From Nitrospirota bacterium (GTDB lineage Bacteria > Nitrospirota > UBA9217): 64,000 nucleotides of DNA. Numbering within the stretch: position 1 is the first letter of the stretch; the number at the start of each line of letters is the position of its first letter. A program made the position numbers and the translations under genes. Location: assembly GCA_963741205.1 (NCBI GenBank), contig CAVUHW010000010.1:96558-160557 (forward strand). The letters are read 5' to 3'. Shown here piece by piece: positions 1 to 10,263 of the stretch. The notes beneath the pieces were generated by a model that was not told the origin of the DNA, did not search any database, and saw only the letters and a program-made list of their open reading frames with translations.

Positions 1-2
1 CT

Positions 3-203
3 CTGGCGAAAAAGCTCCTCCTTATCCGCCCTGATATTCCTATCATTCTCTGCTCGGGGTTCGGTCCGGACTCGCCCGGCAGTATGGCTCCCGAGGAGCT
101 CAAGGCTACCGGCATACGTGAATTTCTTCCGAAGCCGGCCGACCGGTTGGAAATGGACAGGGCGATCCGGCGGGTGCTGGATGAAAAAAGAAAGACCCGG
201 TAA
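3..203 (+). CDS. C-terminal receiver (REC) domain, probably of a hybrid histidine kinase; 5' end lies outside the window
   Basis: Manual translation LAKKLLLIRPDIPIILCSGF...REFLPKP...KTR* matches the REC C-terminal pattern; sits directly upstream of a response regulator. Confidence 0.8.
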   Translation: MAKKLLLIRPDIPIILCSGFGPDSPGSMAPEELKATGIREFLPKPADRLEMDRAIRRVLDEKRKTR

Positions 204-214
204 CGGGGGCATGC

Positions 215-1609
215 ATGGCGAATATTCTCATCGTCGATGACGACAACCTCATGCGTTCGACCTTGTCGACAATGGTCACCCGTATGGGCCATGAGGCCGT
301 AAGCGCGGCCACACTCAAGGAAGGGACGAGCCTCGCTTTTTCCCGGCCCTTTGATGTCGTCTTTCTCGATGTCCGCATGCCCGACGGCAGCGGCCTCGAG
401 GCCTTGCCGCACATTCAGCAGGCGCCATCGGCGCCGGAGGTGATCATCCTCACCGGCTACGGCGACCCCGATGCCGCCGAGCTTGCCATCAAGAGCGGCG
501 CCTGGGACTACATTGAGAAGGGCTCGGCCCTCAAGGAAATGACGCTTCCTCTTGTGCGCGCGCTCCAGTACCGGCAGGAAAAGAAGGCCGCGGGCCGGGA
601 AAAGGCCGTGATAGCCCTGAAGCGGGAGGAGATTGCCGGCAACCACATAAAGCTGAAGGCCTGCCTGGATCTTGTGGCCAGGGCAGCCGAGAGCGACGCG
701 AGCGTGCTCGTTACCGGCGAAACCGGCACGGGCAAGGAGCTTTTTGCCCGCGCCATCCACGACAACAGCAGGCGGAGCGGTCGCAATTTCGTGGTCGTCG
801 ACTGCGCTGCGCTGCCGGAGACCCTCGTGGAGAGCCTTCTGTTCGGGCATGAAAAGGGCGCCTTTACGAGCGCGGAAAAGGCCAGGGAAGGCCTGATCCA
901 GCAGGCGCACGGGGGCACGCTTTTTCTGGATGAAGTCGGCGAGCTCCCCCTGAATGTTCAGAAAAGTTTTCTGCGCGTGCTCCAGGAGCACCGGGTCCGG
1001 CCCCTCGGGGGGAGCCGGGAGTTAGAATGCGACTTCCGACTCATAGCGGCCACCAACCGAGACCTCGAAGGCATGGTGAAAAACGGCCAGTTCAGGGAAG
1101 ACCTTTTGTTCCGCATCAGATCATTTCTCATTGAATTGCCTCCGTTGAGACAGCGTCCCGACGATATCAAAGACCTGGTCCGGCATCACATGGACAGACT
1201 TTGCGAACGGTACCATCTGTCGCCGAAAGGATTTTCTCCGGAGTTCCTGCAAACGCTCGTAGAGTATCCGTGGCCCGGCAATGTGAGGGAGTTGATCAAC
1301 ACCCTGGAACAGGTTTTGACGGCCGCAAAGTATGAACCGACGCTGTTTCCCAAGCACCTGCCGGCCGCTATCCGGGTGCAGGTGGTTCGAGCGGCTCTGG
1401 CCCCCAAGACCCCTGCAGCTGACCCCTCAAAGGCACCGACAACGCTGCCCAAATTCAGCGTTTTCCGCAAGGACGTTAACGAACAGGCGGAAAAAGACTA
1501 TGTCCGCAATCTGATGTCTCTTGCCGACGGCGACATCAAGGAAGCCTGCCGCATATCCGGCCTGTCACAATCCCGCTTATACGCCCTCATCAATAAATGC
1601 AAAGACTGA
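215..1609 (+). CDS. Sigma-54-dependent NtrC-family response regulator (REC-AAA+-HTH)
   Basis: ILIVDDD receiver, Walker A GETGTGKE, GAFTSA loop, Walker B LFLDEVG, WPGNVREL, C-terminal HTH. Confidence 0.95.
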   Translation: MANILIVDDDNLMRSTLSTMVTRMGHEAVSAATLKEGTSLAFSRPFDVVFLDVRMPDGSGLEALPHIQQAPSAPEVIILTGYGDPDAAELAIKSGAWDYIEKGSALKEMTLPLVRALQYRQEKKAAGREKAVIALKREEIAGNHIKLKACLDLVARAAESDASVLVTGETGTGKELFARAIHDNSRRSGRNFVVVDCAALPETLVESLLFGHEKGAFTSAEKAREGLIQQAHGGTLFLDEVGELPLNVQKSFLRVLQEHRVRPLGGSRELECDFRLIAATNRDLEGMVKNGQFREDLLFRIRSFLIELPPLRQRPDDIKDLVRHHMDRLCERYHLSPKGFSPEFLQTLVEYPWPGNVRELINTLEQVLTAAKYEPTLFPKHLPAAIRVQVVRAALAPKTPAADPSKAPTTLPKFSVFRKDVNEQAEKDYVRNLMSLADGDIKEACRISGLSQSRLYALINKCKD

Positions 1610-1629
1610 ACTCTGCAGCTTTGACCGGT

Positions 1630-1669
1630 ATTCCTGCCAGACAAGAAAAAATTCCCGCCATTCAGGAAT
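1630..1669 (+). promoter_or_regulatory. Putative tandem enhancer (UAS) for the sigma-54 activator
   Basis: ATTCCtgccagacaAGAAA (1630) and ATTCCcgccattcaGGAAT (1651), 21 bp apart and about 100-130 bp upstream of the -24/-12 site. Confidence 0.45.
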
Positions 1670-1761
1670 GATGAGCCTGCGCAGGAAAGAACTCCATCCT
1701 TTGTCACCCGCCTGATAACATAATTCATTGCAAATAAAGTGATTTTGAATCCCTGCCGTTT

Positions 1762-1777
1762 TGGTACGGGGTATGCA
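1762..1777 (+). promoter_or_regulatory. Sigma-54 (-24/-12) promoter
   Basis: TGGTACGgggtATGCA: GG (1763-64), N10, GC (1775-76); directly downstream of an NtrC-family gene. Confidence 0.8.
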
Positions 1778-1826
1778 GCAGTCAAGTTACAACAACGAAA
1801 GATCTCTTCGGAGGTATTGGCTAGGA

Positions 1827-2255
1827 ATGCAACGAATGATCATGTATGCAAAAGAAGAGGCCGGCAAAGAGCTTCAGGCGTTTATTGTCCGGCAGTTCCC
1901 GGGAGTTGAAATATCCCGGACCATTAAATCGCTGAACGAAAGACTTCGTCAGACAATAAATAATGGCGAAGTCGCCGTGCTTATCGCCGCAACCGGGGCG
2001 GAGTTGGATAATTTTCTAACGCTCCGGGATTTGCTACACGACCTTAAGCTGATCCTCATCCTGCCGGACAGGGAACCCGAGACGATTGCCAAGGGCCATG
2101 TTTTGCGCCCGCGACTTCTCTGTTGCCTGGACTATGACGAGAACGAGATAATGGCGGTTCTGGCAAAAATGCTGACGGTCGCGGCTTGCAAAAGTACTGC
2201 TCCGTGCGCTGACTTCAGGACGACAACGACAAAAAATGAAAGGAGAACAACATGA
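1827..2255 (+). CDS. Hypothetical protein, degenerate receiver-like fold
   Basis: In-frame ATG at 1827 after GGAGG; lies downstream of the sigma-54 promoter; alpha/beta pattern (VAVLIA, LILILPD). Confidence 0.65.
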   Translation: MQRMIMYAKEEAGKELQAFIVRQFPGVEISRTIKSLNERLRQTINNGEVAVLIAATGAELDNFLTLRDLLHDLKLILILPDREPETIAKGHVLRPRLLCCLDYDENEIMAVLAKMLTVAACKSTAPCADFRTTTTKNERRTT

Positions 2256-2383
2256 GGAACAGAAAATTTAACCTGCTTGTTATCGTTTTACTGACGGCCT
2301 TGCTGTCCTTGTTCATCGCCTTCGACTGCTATAAGACGGGAATAGGGTCTAAACTCGCGTCCCACAGCCTGGTACTCAAATAG
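2252..2383 (+). CDS. Small 43-aa single-TM protein (not in ORF track)
   Basis: AGGAG RBS, ATGA overlap with previous gene, MRNRKFNLLVIVLLTALLSLFIAFDCYK... Confidence 0.55.
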   Translation: MRNRKFNLLVIVLLTALLSLFIAFDCYKTGIGSKLASHSLVLK

Positions 2384-2723
2384 ATTTGAGATCGGGACAA
2401 CAATCCCGATAAATATATCGGCGGCCCATTTGCCGACAAGAGCGGCGTCTTAATATATTTTGAAGCTCCGGGCATTGCAGAGGCTGCCGCTACCATCGAA
2501 TGTTACTGCAATTGAATCATTTGGGAGTCAGAGATGAAAAACATGTTTGTGAGCATAGCAGCAGGCGTTTGTATCTCACTATTTTGCGAAGTTCCCGCAC
2601 AAGGAGAAGATGTTTACTGGCGTATTGATCCAAGTGTTAAATCGTGTTCGATGGACATCAGTCCCGATCTCACACAAGATCAATTTCACCGGTATATTAG
2701 GCAGCTTGCCCTAATTGCTTCAT

Positions 2724-3734
2724 TAAAATAACCGCGGACATTGGACAGAAACTCGTCCTGCGTGTGCGCTCGCCTCCGTCCGACAGCATTACTTTTAACG
2801 TCCTGGTTCAACATCTCATCCGGATTAAGCTCCGGACTATAGGACGGCAAATAGAACAGACGAATTTGCTTTTCATTCTCGGCAAGCCATTTCTTTACGG
2901 TACGGGAACGGTGACAGGATGTTGATCGACGACCAAAAAGACCTTTCGTGTGGACTGGCGAACCATGCGCTTCAGGAAACCGGTGAACACATCGTCACGG
3001 AACCGCTTCCGAAACACCATGAACGCAAGATGCCCTTTGTTCGTAATGGCAGAGACCATGTTGCATCCGAATCTCTGCCCCGTTCCTGGAATGACAGGGG
3101 TTTCACCTTGAGGGCTGTAGGTCCGGCCGGTAGCGTGGTCGGACCGCAACCCCATCTCGTCTCCCCAATAGATCTCGGCTTTTTCTTGCTTTGCCTGCGC
3201 ACGTATCCGGGGATACTCATGCGTAAGCCAGCGCTGCACTTCTGCAGAGTTCTGCTCAAAGGCCCGACGCACCGGCTTCTGCGGGGTAAAACCCCACTGG
3301 GCCAAGTAGCGGCCAACCGTCCAGACCGAAAGCTCGATATCGAACTTCTTAGCAATCAGCTGGGCGACGGCTTCGCGAGTCCACAGGTAAAACGGCAGTT
3401 TCAACTGGTCAGGCAGACGATCCTGAATGGTTTTGCTGACCTTATCCGCCTGCCATGGCTTCAGCGAACCGCCCGTCGGTCGGCCTCGTCGCTTGGCTGC
3501 AAGCGCTTTCGCGCCCTCTGCTCGGTGTGCTACGATCCATTTTCCGACGGCATGACGGGTAACACCGAATATCTGTGCAACTTCGACCTGTTTCTTACCA
3601 CCAATGACAGCCTTAACCGCTTTCTGGCGGATGGCTTCTTGCGCTTCAGGGGAAGACGACCGGGCATCACGTTTTTTCATGCCCAAGTTATACCATGTTA
3701 AGATATAGAATGCAAACTATTTATTGCTCTAGTA
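2724..3734 (-). mobile_element. IS630-family element (transposase start 3680; one frameshift near 2912; 3' end apparently truncated)
   Basis: HTH plus WGDEMG, VVDQHPV(H) and LPSYSPELNPDE DDE motifs; TA dinucleotides at 2724 and 3733. Confidence 0.9.
3687..3715 (-). promoter_or_regulatory. Sigma-70 promoter of the IS630 transposase, probably leaderless
   Basis: Minus strand TTGCAT-N17-TATAAC with extended TG, 6 nt before the ATG. Confidence 0.6.
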
Positions 3735-4368
3735 AATCTGCCGAGCCGGCCGAAACACTTGGGAAAAACCACTTTAGTATAAACGTTGATTACTCCTCTA
3801 CTCCTATTGACCAGCACGATCCTGCATGGATAAATACCTTTGTTCATCCAGATGCAGGTTGCCCATTGGGAGACGCAATTATACTGCCAGTTCTTCGCGC
3901 AGAATATGGGATTACTGATCGTGTAGATGTGGGCGTGCTTTATACGCAAGCGCCAGACGCTAATTATGGTTTGTTTGGTGCAGAAGTAAAATATGCGTTC
4001 GTCGATGGATCTGAAACAGGCACCACCATTGCTGCCAGAGCCACTATTACGAGGCTTCTTGGCGTAGCAGATTATAACTTTGATATGGTAAGCCTCGATG
4101 TCCTGGCTAGCAAAAAAATGCTCATAACGCCCTATGCGGGACTCAGGGTGAGTTATGCCAGAGCAAAAGAAACAACTGATGAAGTAAACCTCTCAAATGA
4201 AAATATTATTAATATGCAACCCTTTCTTGGTCTTGAGTATGCTTATCGCAAGTTCAGGATGGCAGTTGAGTATGATATAGGAGAAGTATCTACTTTAGTT
4301 TTGAGTGTTGGGGGTCGTTTTTAAACATACAATTTGATTTTATTGCCCGGCAAAGAAGGAGGAGATCT

Positions 4369-5438
4369 ATGAGACACACGCGCATCATCGTCACTCACTA
4401 CGGCGGGCCCGATGCACTTCGGGTGGTTGAAGAAGAGTGCCCCGAGCCGAAGGATGGTGAAGTGCGGGTGAGAGTGCTGGCCGCAGGCGTCTCCTTGCCC
4501 GACGTCATGGCGCGCGAGGGCATTCATCCCGAGACGCCCCCGGTGCCCTTCACGCCGGGGTGGGATCTGGTTGGCGTGGTGGATCGGCTCGGCGACGGTG
4601 TCTCTGGAATCGAACCAGGCCAGATAGTTGCCGCGATGCCGATCCACGGTGCGTACGCGGAGTTCGTCTGCCTGCCGCAACGTGAACTGGTTCCGGTGCC
4701 ATCCGGGTTGGACGCCGCCGAGGCTGTCAGCCTCGTGCTGAACTACATCACGGCGTACCAGATGCTGCATCGTTCCGCTAAGGTCAGACCGGGCCAGCGC
4801 GTGTTGATTCACGGCGCGGCAGGCGGGGTCGGCACGGCACTCTTGCAGCTTGGGCGCCTCGCCGGGCTGGAGATGTACGGAACCTGTTCATCGCGAGGGG
4901 CGTCGGCCGTTTCCGACCTGGGCGGTATCCCGATTGATTACCAGCATCAGGACTTCGTGAAAGAAATTCACCGCCTCACGGGCGAGGGCGTGGACGTCGT
5001 CTTCGACCCTATCGGTGGTGCTCACCTCTGGCATTCCCGCAAGGCTCTCCGTCCTGGCGGGAGGGTGGTGGGCTATGGCGCTCATTAGCTCGATTCGTGG
5101 GGAGGGATTGACTTCAAGTCGTCCAGGTCGTCGTCAACGCTTTCGTGGAATCGCCATCTTCGCGTTGTACATCGCCGGCGGCTGGCTTCTCCCGGGCCGG
5201 AAACGGGTGGTCCCCTACAGCATCCAGACGCTCAAACGGCTGAAACCGGAATGGTTTCGACAGGATTTGATCGCCCTGCTCGACCTCCTTCAGACAGCAG
5301 AAGATCAAGCCGCTCATCGCGCAGCGATTTCCTCTTGCCGAGGCAAGACAGGCGCAGGAGTTGCTCGGGAAGGGAGGCGTGACAGGCAAGATCGTGCTCG
5401 TGCGCAACGGGTCATCGCTTGAATCAGGAGCGGCGTAA
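4369..5438 (+). CDS. Medium-chain dehydrogenase/reductase (NADPH:quinone reductase-like), frameshifted near 5085 and 5295
   Basis: YGGPDAL, PFTPGWD, VLIHGAAGGVG; C-terminal GKIVL in another frame; stop TAA at 5436-5438. Confidence 0.88.
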
Positions 5439-5580
5439 CAACGGCATGCAGCGGACTCCGCAATGAGCTTGGATGATACTTTCTTGCTTGCATTTTCAAG
5501 CCGAATAAAACAGATTTGACGTTTATCGAATCTGTTTAGTAGTAGGTGCATTCATCAGGCGCCGGGATGCTGAAGATTAA
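5433..5580 (+). other. Degenerate integron attC-like site
   Basis: R'' GCGTAAC overlaps the MDR stop, 5-nt spacer, L'' CATGCAGC; internal stem AAACAGATT/AATCTGTTT; decayed L'/R' (CGGGATG...GATTAA). Confidence 0.5.
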
Positions 5581-5659
5581 CAAATTCCGGTCGTAATGCT
5601 ACAAACAGACTTCTTTTGGAAAACAACAACGACGAAAATCAGCATAAAATCAGAATGCT

Positions 5660-6562
5660 ACCCCAGAGGCGGTTGTAATTTTCAGAGCCGGCACCTATTT
5701 CCCGTGCAACACATCCATCCAGCGGATGGCTTCCGAGTCATCGACCTTGCCCAGATATACCTGCGTGGTTTTCAAATCGTGATGCCTCAGAAGCACCTTG
5801 GAGATTATTTCCAGGGGCACGCCGTTTCGACTTGCATACGTCGCCGAGTGTCTCCTTAAATCGTGGGGAGATACCTTCACATTAAACTTCTCGCCGAGCC
5901 TTTTGATAAGCGCCCGCACCGTCGTATAACAAACAGGAAACAGGCGGTCGTCAGGACCGATTTTGTCTTCCGTTATATATTCGGCCAGCCGCTTCGCTAT
6001 CTGCTCCGGCATGAAGGCTGTTTCGCTTTCTTTCCCTGACTTCGGCTCCCGAATGAGAAGCTTCCTGTCCGTCACGTCATCTGCTCTGAGCTTAAGCACC
6101 TCCCCGATCCTGAGCCCGCAGCGCGCCTGCAGCTCCAGAATCAACCTGTCCATGGTAGATGATGTGCTGTAGATCAGCTCATCGACCAGTTCCTTGTCCA
6201 GGATCTTTCTTGCCGCCGGCTTCGGGTTCTTGTACTGTTTCATCAATAGCGAGTGCGCGCAGGGGTTCTTGATATCCAGGCCGCATTCGTTAATGACGAA
6301 GCTGAAGAACGCCTTGGTCTGGGCATACCGTAAGTGACGCGTCCCTCTGGCGACGCCGGCGGTGAAGGACTCGAGAAATTTGCCGATTTCCTCAACCGTT
6401 ATCGATTCCACAGCTCGATCCGGGAAAAACGTTTTAAGGCTATTGAAGAACAGCTGATACCCCGTGTTCGTGCTTCGTTTGAGCGTCGACAAGTGATGGT
6501 TCCTCACAAATTCAATGGCTTCCGGAATATTCATGGTGACCTCCTTTCGTTGCCTCTGGGGT
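5660..6562. repeat. 11-bp perfect inverted repeat flanking the recombinase gene
   Basis: ACCCCAGAGGC (5660-5670) and GCCTCTGGGGT (6552-6562); weaker similarity extends outward to about 5585 and 6630. Confidence 0.65.
5695..6534 (-). CDS. Tyrosine recombinase/integrase (XerC/D-like, not IntI)
   Basis: GLRIGE, PKSGK, PHDLRR, LLRH and TQVY catalytic set intact; no IntI-specific insertion. Confidence 0.92.
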   Translation of the reverse strand: MNIPEAIEFVRNHHLSTLKRSTNTGYQLFFNSLKTFFPDRAVESITVEEIGKFLESFTAGVARGTRHLRYAQTKAFFSFVINECGLDIKNPCAHSLLMKQYKNPKPAARKILDKELVDELIYSTSSTMDRLILELQARCGLRIGEVLKLRADDVTDRKLLIREPKSGKESETAFMPEQIAKRLAEYITEDKIGPDDRLFPVCYTTVRALIKRLGEKFNVKVSPHDLRRHSATYASRNGVPLEIISKVLLRHHDLKTTQVYLGKVDDSEAIRWMDVLHGK

Positions 6563-6640
6563 GAAAGCCCGTAATATCCCTGTATTCAAAGTGACTAAAT
6601 ATATTATGGAGCACTTCCGACTTCCGGACCAACATTTCTC

Positions 6641-6669
6641 TTGAAAGTATAGCAATAATGCTATATATT
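6641..6669 (+). promoter_or_regulatory. Toxin-antitoxin promoter with palindromic operator
   Basis: TTGAAA-N17-TATATT; TATAGCA-ataa-TGCTATA palindrome at 6648-6665. Confidence 0.75.
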
Positions 6670-6675
6670 TAATCA

Positions 6676-7032
6676 ATGGAATGGTCGATAGAATACTATG
6701 TGGCTGATAATGGCAAATCACCGGCCAGAGATTTCATCGACTCTCTTTCTGCTGAAAGTAAAGCTAAATTCATTTTCATTGCTGATTTGCTCACAGAGTA
6801 TGGCTTGAACGTCAGAGAACCCTATGTTAAACCGATAACGGGAACGAAGAAGCTTTTTGAGATCAGGATAAAAGACCGGCAGAACATTCATCGGGTATTC
6901 TACTTCGCCTATACCGGCCGGAAATTGATTCTTTTACACGGTTTCACGAAGAAGACCGATAAGACACCTTCACGGGAAATAGAGATTGCAGAAGCCAGAA
7001 TGATAGATTATATGGCAAGAAGGGGATTATGA
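6676..7032 (+). CDS. Type II toxin, RelE/HigB (Gp49-like) family
   Basis: EYY...SPARDFI, LFEIRI, HRVFYF, ILLHGFTKKTDKTP. Confidence 0.9.
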   Translation: MEWSIEYYVADNGKSPARDFIDSLSAESKAKFIFIADLLTEYGLNVREPYVKPITGTKKLFEIRIKDRQNIHRVFYFAYTGRKLILLHGFTKKTDKTPSREIEIAEARMIDYMARRGL

Positions 7033-7322
7033 TTATGAATTATAAAGAGCACAGAAAAGAGTTACTGAAGAACAAAGCAGTCAAGGCGGAGTACGAAAAG
7101 CTTCTGCCTGAATATGAGCTTGCCCGTAGCATCATAGAACAACGGCTCAGGAAAAAAATGACTCAACTCGATGTGGCGAAAAAGACCGGCATGCCACAAT
7201 CTTCAGTTGCGAGAATTGAGGGGCTGACCCACGGGCTGCCCCGCCTATCGACGCTTAAAAAGATTGCGCAAGCTCTCGATGCGGAGCTTGTCATCACGCT
7301 CAAGGCAAAGAAAACGGCATAA
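7029..7322 (+). CDS. HTH XRE antitoxin (HigA-like)
   Basis: MTQLDVAKKTGMPQSSVARIE HTH; ATGA overlap with the toxin; toxin-first order. Confidence 0.9.
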   Translation: MIMNYKEHRKELLKNKAVKAEYEKLLPEYELARSIIEQRLRKKMTQLDVAKKTGMPQSSVARIEGLTHGLPRLSTLKKIAQALDAELVITLKAKKTA

Positions 7323-7383
7323 AACTTCGAGGAATAAACGCAGATGATGTACTCTGCACTCCAAACTATCATTCGGAGGCCAA

Positions 7384-7644
7384 ATGGGTGCCCACTTCAA
7401 ACCTCATCTTCGGGACGCAATTTTAAAAGCAGTTGAGAATCAACTCGCCAATGATAACCCACCTGAGACAAAGCAAACTTACGATCGCCTGGTACGCGAA
7501 GGGTATTCCGAAAACGACGCAAAAATTCTCATCGCAAACGTCGTTGCTGTCGAAATATTTGAAGTTGTAAATCGACGAGAACCTTTCAATCATCAGAGGT
7601 TTGTTAAAGCTTTGAATCGGTTGCCAACTATTCCTGAAGCATAG
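7384..7644 (+). CDS. Small helical conserved hypothetical protein (DUF1841-like)
   Basis: GGAGG RBS; VENQLANDNPPETKQTYDRL motif. Confidence 0.65.
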   Translation: MGAHFKPHLRDAILKAVENQLANDNPPETKQTYDRLVREGYSENDAKILIANVVAVEIFEVVNRREPFNHQRFVKALNRLPTIPEA

Positions 7645-8132
7645 ATATTCGAGCTATATTCTGGATCTGTGATTGATGATAGACAGCCGAGCGTTTACTT
7701 CAGAGCGTAACATTCTACGAGACTTTAGGCACTCATTCGATTCATCGTTCAGTGCATGATACTGGTTTTTTTACACCCTTGTCACAACATTGACATTCCA
7801 TACTTGTTGTCGATGACCACGAGAATGTCGAAGAACGACAAAACCATTCAAAATAAAAGATAAATTTGATTCGAAAATGGATGAGAAAATCGAGAAGAAG
7901 CGCGCATAAGCGGCACATCCACCCATTGCCGTTAATACGGCAAATCCTGAAGAGGGGCCCTCGAGGGGATAAGTAAGTCCTCTATGAATCCTCCGATCTG
8001 CAGAATTAAGCAAGGAGAGTAAAACCTGCTGTCTCAAATCGACTCACGATTACCGCGATTACTGCGTGTGCCGCTCGCAATACCATCGAGAAAGATGTAT
8101 TCTGCGCTGCCCTTGTCCCACGTCGCGGTGAT

Positions 8133-10263
8133 TTAATCAAGGGCGTCCCAGGGAGCCGAGATTGTTCCGTCGACCGTCCCGTCACCGTTCGTATCCACTG
8201 CTGAAACGGCCACGCCATTCGTCACGGTGACGGTCAGTTGGCTATCGTCGGTCGAATTACCTTGAATACTCCGGAGGTTGGCGCAGTGACCGATGCCCCT
8301 CCTTGAAGCGGCTGTGCTATTGTCACTGCGAGCGGCCCCAGCCCGGAGTCCACTGTCAGCGTATCAGTTGTCGAACCAAGGCTGAAGCTCGTGTTTGTAA
8401 CAGTTGCACTGACAGTGAATGGTCCGATGACGTGCGTGCGGTTTATCGTTGCACTGCTCTCGCTCCATGTGAACGCCTGCTGCACCGGCGTATCAATGGA
8501 CTGTGCGAGCTCGGTGAACGTGCCGCCTGCCGCCACTCGCTGGAAATGCATCCCGCCAGCCATGGTGCTCGTCCCGACGGAATCGACGATCGTTAGGTTG
8601 ATCGAGGTCAGCGTCGTCTGAAGGGTATAGTTCTCCGACTGCGGATCCCCGATGACCCCATCAAGCGTGACGGTGAGGCCGCCGTTGATCGTGGCCTGAC
8701 CCGTGATACATCCAGTGAACGTCAACTCGAAAGAAGTCCCGGTATGCAACGGAATCGGCGGCAAGGGATTGAAGGTGTAGGTACCGGCGCTGCAGAAGTC
8801 CGTGACCGGATCGTTCCGAGTCTGGCGATCAGCAGATCGAGCGCCGTCGAGCCGAGTTGACGCGGTTTGGTAAGACCCGACACCGCGGCAGCTGCCACCT
8901 CGATGGCGTTGTCGAACTTGATAGTGCCCGTCGTGGCGGGAACGCTGATGGTCAGGTCGGTCTCACCGAGGTTGATGGTGTCGCCGTACTTGTCGAGCTT
9001 GGCGAGGAGCACGTTACCATCGCTGCTGCCGGTGACGGCATATCCTCCGTCTGATACTGCGCAGATGGCGCCGCCGTGGTCGCTCACCGTCGGCCGATTG
9101 CCCTTGACCTTCTGCCAGAGCGTATTGCCGTTCGTATCCACCTTGATCAGGAACAGATCCTCCAATTGAAAGTCGCCGTTAGCATTCGCACTAATTTGTC
9201 CTCCATAGGACTGCGTTGTTCCGAAAATCATGTAATTGCCGTCTTGGGTCAGTATTACTCCCTGGGCTTCGTCCCGTCCAGCGCCGCCGTAAGTCCGGCG
9301 CCAGATCTCGTTGCCGCTCCCGTCGGTTTTGATAACAAGCGCGTCGAGCGGCCCCGTGACCGGCGGTTGCCCGCTTACCAGACCGTGAGAACCCGCCAAC
9401 ACAAACCCGTCAGGAAGCGCAGCAATCGAGGAGATGGTTTCAAAGTCTGTCGAGGAGGTATTGTAGGCTTTTTGCCAGAGTTTATTCCCCTGGGTGTCAA
9501 TCTTGAGAAGGAATCCCTTCCACCCAAAACAGCCGGTGTAACCGGCAATCACAATGTTGCCGTCAGACGTGGCAGCAATGTCACGACCGAAGTCGCTGCC
9601 CGCGGCGCAGGAACTTGCATAGTCGAATTTTTCCCACACAACAGCGCCTGCCAAGTCCGTACGAATGACATAGACGTTTACCGAGGACCCCCCATTTCTG
9701 GCTCCCGCTATGATGTAACCGTCACTTACCGGCAATACTGCATACCCGACATCGTCTCCCGTTCCGCCGTAGGTCTTCGGCCAACCCGCAACGGTGTTTC
9801 CTGAAGCGTCAATTTTGAGCAGGTACACATCGTCATCGCCTGCAGCCGTCTTTGCCCGACCTGCGGCGATATAGCCGCCGTCACTGGTTTCTCTTATGGC
9901 ATTTGCTGTCGCGCTTCCTGTCTCTGCAATACGCTTCTTCCACTGGGTTGCGCCCTTAGCGTCGGTCTTCATAAGGAATACGTCAAGAGGGGAGGAAAAA
10001 TTCGAGGACTGGGATCCGGCTACGACGAAGCCATGGTCGCTAGTCTCCTGAACCGAGGTTCCCGCACCGACGGCGATGTTGGCGTCATACGGGTACCAGA
10101 AGATCGTGGCGCTGTCCGCGCCGGTTCCAACACCACTTGGCGGTCCCTGATCTACGGCAATGTCATTTCCACCACCGCCTCCGCCCCCGCATGATGCGAT
10201 ATACAGGGAAGCCAATGCACCCAAGAGAATACCTGCCATGATTATCAACGGGAGTCTCCTCAT
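8133..10263 (-). CDS. Large secreted lipoprotein with WxK/RxYGG repeats (beta-propeller-like); frameshifts near 8810 and 8250
   Basis: GGAGGAGG RBS, lipobox-like IASC followed by poly-Gly; repeated L.K.D..GN..W.KTYGG units; C-terminal DTNGDGTVD Ca-binding-like motif in a third frame. Confidence 0.8.

Larger units (their letters stand above)
2534..4324 (+). pseudogene. Outer-membrane beta-barrel-like protein interrupted by IS630
   Basis: Signal peptide in 2534-2731; 3' part (about 3734-4324) has amphipathic strands and a terminal Phe (VLSVGGRF); the IS lies between the halves. Confidence 0.7.

Noticed and set aside
2895-2920. Programmed frameshift in the IS630 transposase
   Set aside because: No slippery run; a single missing C (GTC CAC) explains it, consistent with errors elsewhere
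5695-6534. Integron integrase (IntI) explaining the attC sites
   Set aside because: Only 279 aa, and it lacks the IntI-specific insertion before the HxxR box
7926-7975. Second c-di-GMP riboswitch (GGCAAA after the TTGCCGT/ACGGCAA palindrome)
   Set aside because: No GNRA-capped P2, GCAAA/GGAAA junction or 3' AGC..GCC element
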